Source: Macrostomum lignano
Taxonomy: Eukaryota
Assembly (NCBI GenBank): GCA_002269645.1
Contig: NIVC01005194.1
Location: forward strand, 1 to 22,241
Direction of reading: 5' to 3'
Length of the DNA: 22,241 nucleotides
Position 1 is the stretch's first letter; each line of letters begins with the position of its first letter. Both the position numbers and the translations under genes were made by a program. Shown piece by piece: positions 19,634-22,241 of this stretch. The notes beneath the pieces are model-generated. The model saw nothing but the letters and a program-made list of their open reading frames with translations, ran no database searches and had not been told where the DNA came from.

Positions 19634-19706
19634 GTAAGCTTAAATTATTTTGTTAATGGTCTCATTTTTAATGGAATTTTTATCAATTATTTCTATGATT
19701 TGTGTT

Positions 19707-20144
19707 GCCAGCCTCCCAGATCCTCAGATGCTGGGCCAGCCTCCCAGATCCTCAGTTGCTGGGTCAGACTCTCAGATCCTCAGTTGCTGGGCCAGTCTCC
19801 CGGAATGTCAGTTGCTGGGCCAGTCTCCCAGAATGTCAGTTGCTGGGCCAGCCTCCTAGAGTGTCAGTTGCTAGGCCAGCCTCCCAGAGTGTCAGTTGCT
19901 GGGCCAGCCTCCCAGAGTGTCAGTTGCTGGGCCAGCCTCCCAGATCCCCAGTTGCTGGGCCAGCCTCTCAGATCCTCAGTTGCTGGGCCAGCCTCCTGGA
20001 ATGTCAGTTGCTGGGCCAGCCTCCCAGAGTTTCAGTTTCTGGGCCAGCCTCCCAGAGTGTCAGTTTCTGGGCCAGCCTCCCAGAGTGTCAGTTTCTGGGC
20101 CAGCCTCCCAGAGTGTCAGTTGCTGGGCCAGCCTCCCAGATCCT
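19707..20144. repeat. 28-bp intronic minisatellite (about 15-16 copies)
   Basis: Unit CAGTTGCTGGGCCAGCCTCCCAGAGTGT, with variants ending ...GATCCT or ...GAATGT. Confidence 0.95.
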
Positions 20145-20182
20145 AATCCGCAACCCCTCCCCCACCAAACCTGTCTCATCAG

Positions 20183-20429
20183 GTGCCAAGATGTGGTGGT
20201 GACAGCCAAAGGCCACGAGCTGGCAGACCTGATTGACAAGACCAGTTTCCGCCAGCCATTCCTTGTGCCGAGTCCCGAAGGTTTGGACTTAGTTGTGCCA
20301 CCAGGCAGCTTCACCATTCGAGATGTTGTGGATTCCGTTGGCAAGGACCGTCTCGTTGACGTGATTGACGTACAAGAGCAGCACGACTTCAAGATGAGCA
20401 TGGCCGATTTCTTTAATTGGTTCTATCAG
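20183..20429 (+). CDS. KDM7: KDM7/PHF8-family demethylase exon
   Basis: Runs from CTCATCAG|G to CAG|GTGTGT. Reads CQDVVVTAKG...SFRQPFLVPSPEGLDLVVPPGSFTIRDVVDSVGKDRLVDVIDVQEQHDFKMSMADFFNWFYQ, matching the PHF8 pattern PILVxxxDGLGMxxP...FTVRDVExxVGxDxxIDVIDVxxQxDxKMKLxDF. Confidence 0.92.
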
Positions 20430-20589
20430 GTGTGTTCGCAGAGAGTTGCTATTCGATCTTATTATCATGTAGATATTAATTACCGTTCTAAAACTAATAA
20501 ATATGAATTTCATGTAGTTCGATTAAGTCACTCCTAAAACCACTGAAAATTACCTATTCTAAAGAGTCGGTCATAATTCTCTTTTTCAG

Positions 20590-21478
20590 AATCACCAACA
20601 AATTCTCATTCTAAGAATCGCTCACAAATCTTTATTCTAAGAATCGCCCACAAGATCCTCCATTCTAAGAATCGCCCACAAACCCCCATTCTAAGAATCG
20701 CCCACAAGATCCCCATTCTAAGAATCGCCCACAAGATCCTCCATTCTAAGAATCGCCCACAAACCCCCATTCTAAGAATCGCCCACAAACCCCCATTCTA
20801 AGAATAGCCGACAAACAAACCCCTAATCTAAGAATCGCCCACAAACCCCCCATTCTAAGAATCGCCCACAAGATCCTCCATTCTAAGAATCGCCCACAAA
20901 CCCCCATTCTAAAAATCGCTCACAAATATTTATTCTAAGAATCGCCCACAACCCCCTCCATTCTAAGAATCGTCCACAAATCCCCCATTCTAAGAATCGC
21001 CAACAAGATCCCCCATTCTAAGAATCGCCCACAAGATCCCCTCCCCCATTCTAAGAATCGCCCACAAATCCCCATTCTAAGAATCGCCGACGAACCCCCA
21101 TTCTAACAATGGACCACAAATCCCCCATTCTAAGAATTGCCCACAAACCCCCATTCTAAGAGTCACCTACAAATCCCTATTCTAAAAATCGCCGACAAAC
21201 CCCCATTCTAAGAATCGCCGAGAAACCCCCATTCTAAGAATCGCCCACAAACCCCCATTCTAAGAATCGCCCACAAACCCCCATTCTAAGAATCGCCCAC
21301 AAACCCCCATTCTAAGAATCGCTCACAAACCCCCATTCTAAGAATCGCTCACAAACCCCCAATCTAAGAATCGCCCACAAACCCCCATTCTAAGAATCGC
21401 CCACAAACCCCCATTCTAAGCATCCCCCACAAATCCCCCATTCTAAGAATCGCCAACAAATCCTTAAAAATCGGGCCC
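20590..21478. repeat. 26-28 bp intronic minisatellite (about 32 copies)
   Basis: Unit AAACCCCCATTCTAAGAATCGCCCAC, with length variation in the C-run. Confidence 0.96.
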
Positions 21479-21484
21479 ACACAG

Positions 21485-22017
21485 GAAGACCGAGGCAACA
21501 AGATCTACAACGTGCTAAGCCTGGAGATTTCTGAGACTCGCCTGTCAAGCACAGTTGTACCGCCTAAACCAGTGAGAGACCTGAGCCTGGTTAACCGCTG
21601 CTGGCCAGACGAAAGCGGTCACCTAAGCGGCGAAGATTGCCCAGAAGATGACACCCGCAATAAGCCCGAAGTGTTGAAATTCTGCTTGATGAGCGCCGGT
21701 CACTCCTACACAGATTTTCACATCGATTTCGGCGGCTCATCAGTCTGGTATCACATTCTCTGGGGCGAGAAAATCTTTTATTTAATACCGCTAGCGACGT
21801 GAATTTAGATCGATACGAATCCTGGATGGAGTCGCCGGATAATTTGACCGAATTCCTTGGCGATCGTTGCCCAGGTCAGGTGTATCAACTGAGAGTTACT
21901 ACCGGTAATACTATTGTTCTACCCTCTGGTTGGATACACGCCGTGTACACGCCTATGGATAGCCTGTGTGTTTGGCGGCAACTTCCTGCATTTGCACAGC
22001 GTTGAAATGCAGATTCG
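21485..22017 (+). CDS. KDM7: KDM7/PHF8-family demethylase JmjC catalytic exon; two 1-nt indels (about 21795 and about 21966)
   Basis: After CACACAG| it reads EDRGNKIYNVLSLEISETRL...KFCLMSAGHSYTDFHIDFGGSSVWYHILWGEKIFYLIP, then NLDRYESW...LPSGWIHAVYTPMDSL, then VFGGNFLHLHSVEMQI(R)|GTAAGC. The Fe(II) ligands HxD...H and the 2-oxoglutarate-binding Thr and Lys are all present. Confidence 0.93.
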
Positions 22018-22039
22018 GTAAGCTCTCGGTCTCTGAATA

Positions 22040-22241
22040 TCGCCCTAAGAAGTACAAATCGCCGATAATCTATAAAATCGTCACCAATCTATACAAATTG
22101 CCGATTATCTGTAAAAATCGCCCCTAACTAATCTATAAAAATCGCCCCTAGTCTATAAAATCGCCCCTATTCACTATAAACGTCGCCCCTAGTCTATAAA
22201 ATCGATCCCTAATCTATAAAAATCGCCCCTAGTCTATAAAA
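22040..22241. repeat. About 20-bp intronic minisatellite (about 10 copies, runs off the window end)
   Basis: Unit AAATCGCCCCTAGTCTATAA, more degenerate near the donor site. Confidence 0.9.

Noticed and set aside
19650-20202. Long overlapping ORFs in three frames (148, 166 aa and the start of the 213-aa ORF)
   Set aside because: Artefact of a stop-free 28-bp repeat cycling through frames. Only 20183-20429 matches KDM7 and has splice sites.
20606-20788. Repetitive 60-aa minus-strand ORF (WAILRMG...)
   Set aside because: Translation of the 26-bp minisatellite.
20607-21455. Heat-shock element array
   Set aside because: Spacing is TTC-N3-GAA, not the N2 spacing of nTTCnnGAAn.

Overview
Animal genomic DNA, not prokaryotic: spliceosomal introns, a tRNA-derived SINE, MITEs, a non-LTR retrotransposon and intronic minisatellites. 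A repeat-rich invertebrate such as a free-living flatworm (Macrostomum-like) is my guess from the repeat load and GC-rich exons, not something proven. Left end: first two coding exons of SFSWAP (DRY_EERY domain, - strand), with a SINE and a MITE in intron 1 and a 32-bp satellite in intron 2. Right end: three coding exons of a KDM7/PHF8-family JmjC demethylase (+ strand), with a different minisatellite in each intron and no PHD-finger exon that I could find. Between them lies a CpG-rich accessory block. It holds a dead I-group LINE with a twin-priming-type 5' inversion, a decayed multi-exon gene for a secreted PAN-like plus ALK/LTK-type glycine-rich protein (not shown as one gene by the ORF track), and two tandem intronless, cysteine-poor DEG/ENaC channel genes, one frameshifted by a deletion of about 85 nt. 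The two channels and the secreted-protein gene are tightly packed on one strand with poly(A)-signal-to-acceptor spacing that suggests an operon. Isolated 1-nt indels in conserved exons suggest long-read assembly errors, so pseudogene calls based on single indels are tentative. All alignments and counts were done by eye.
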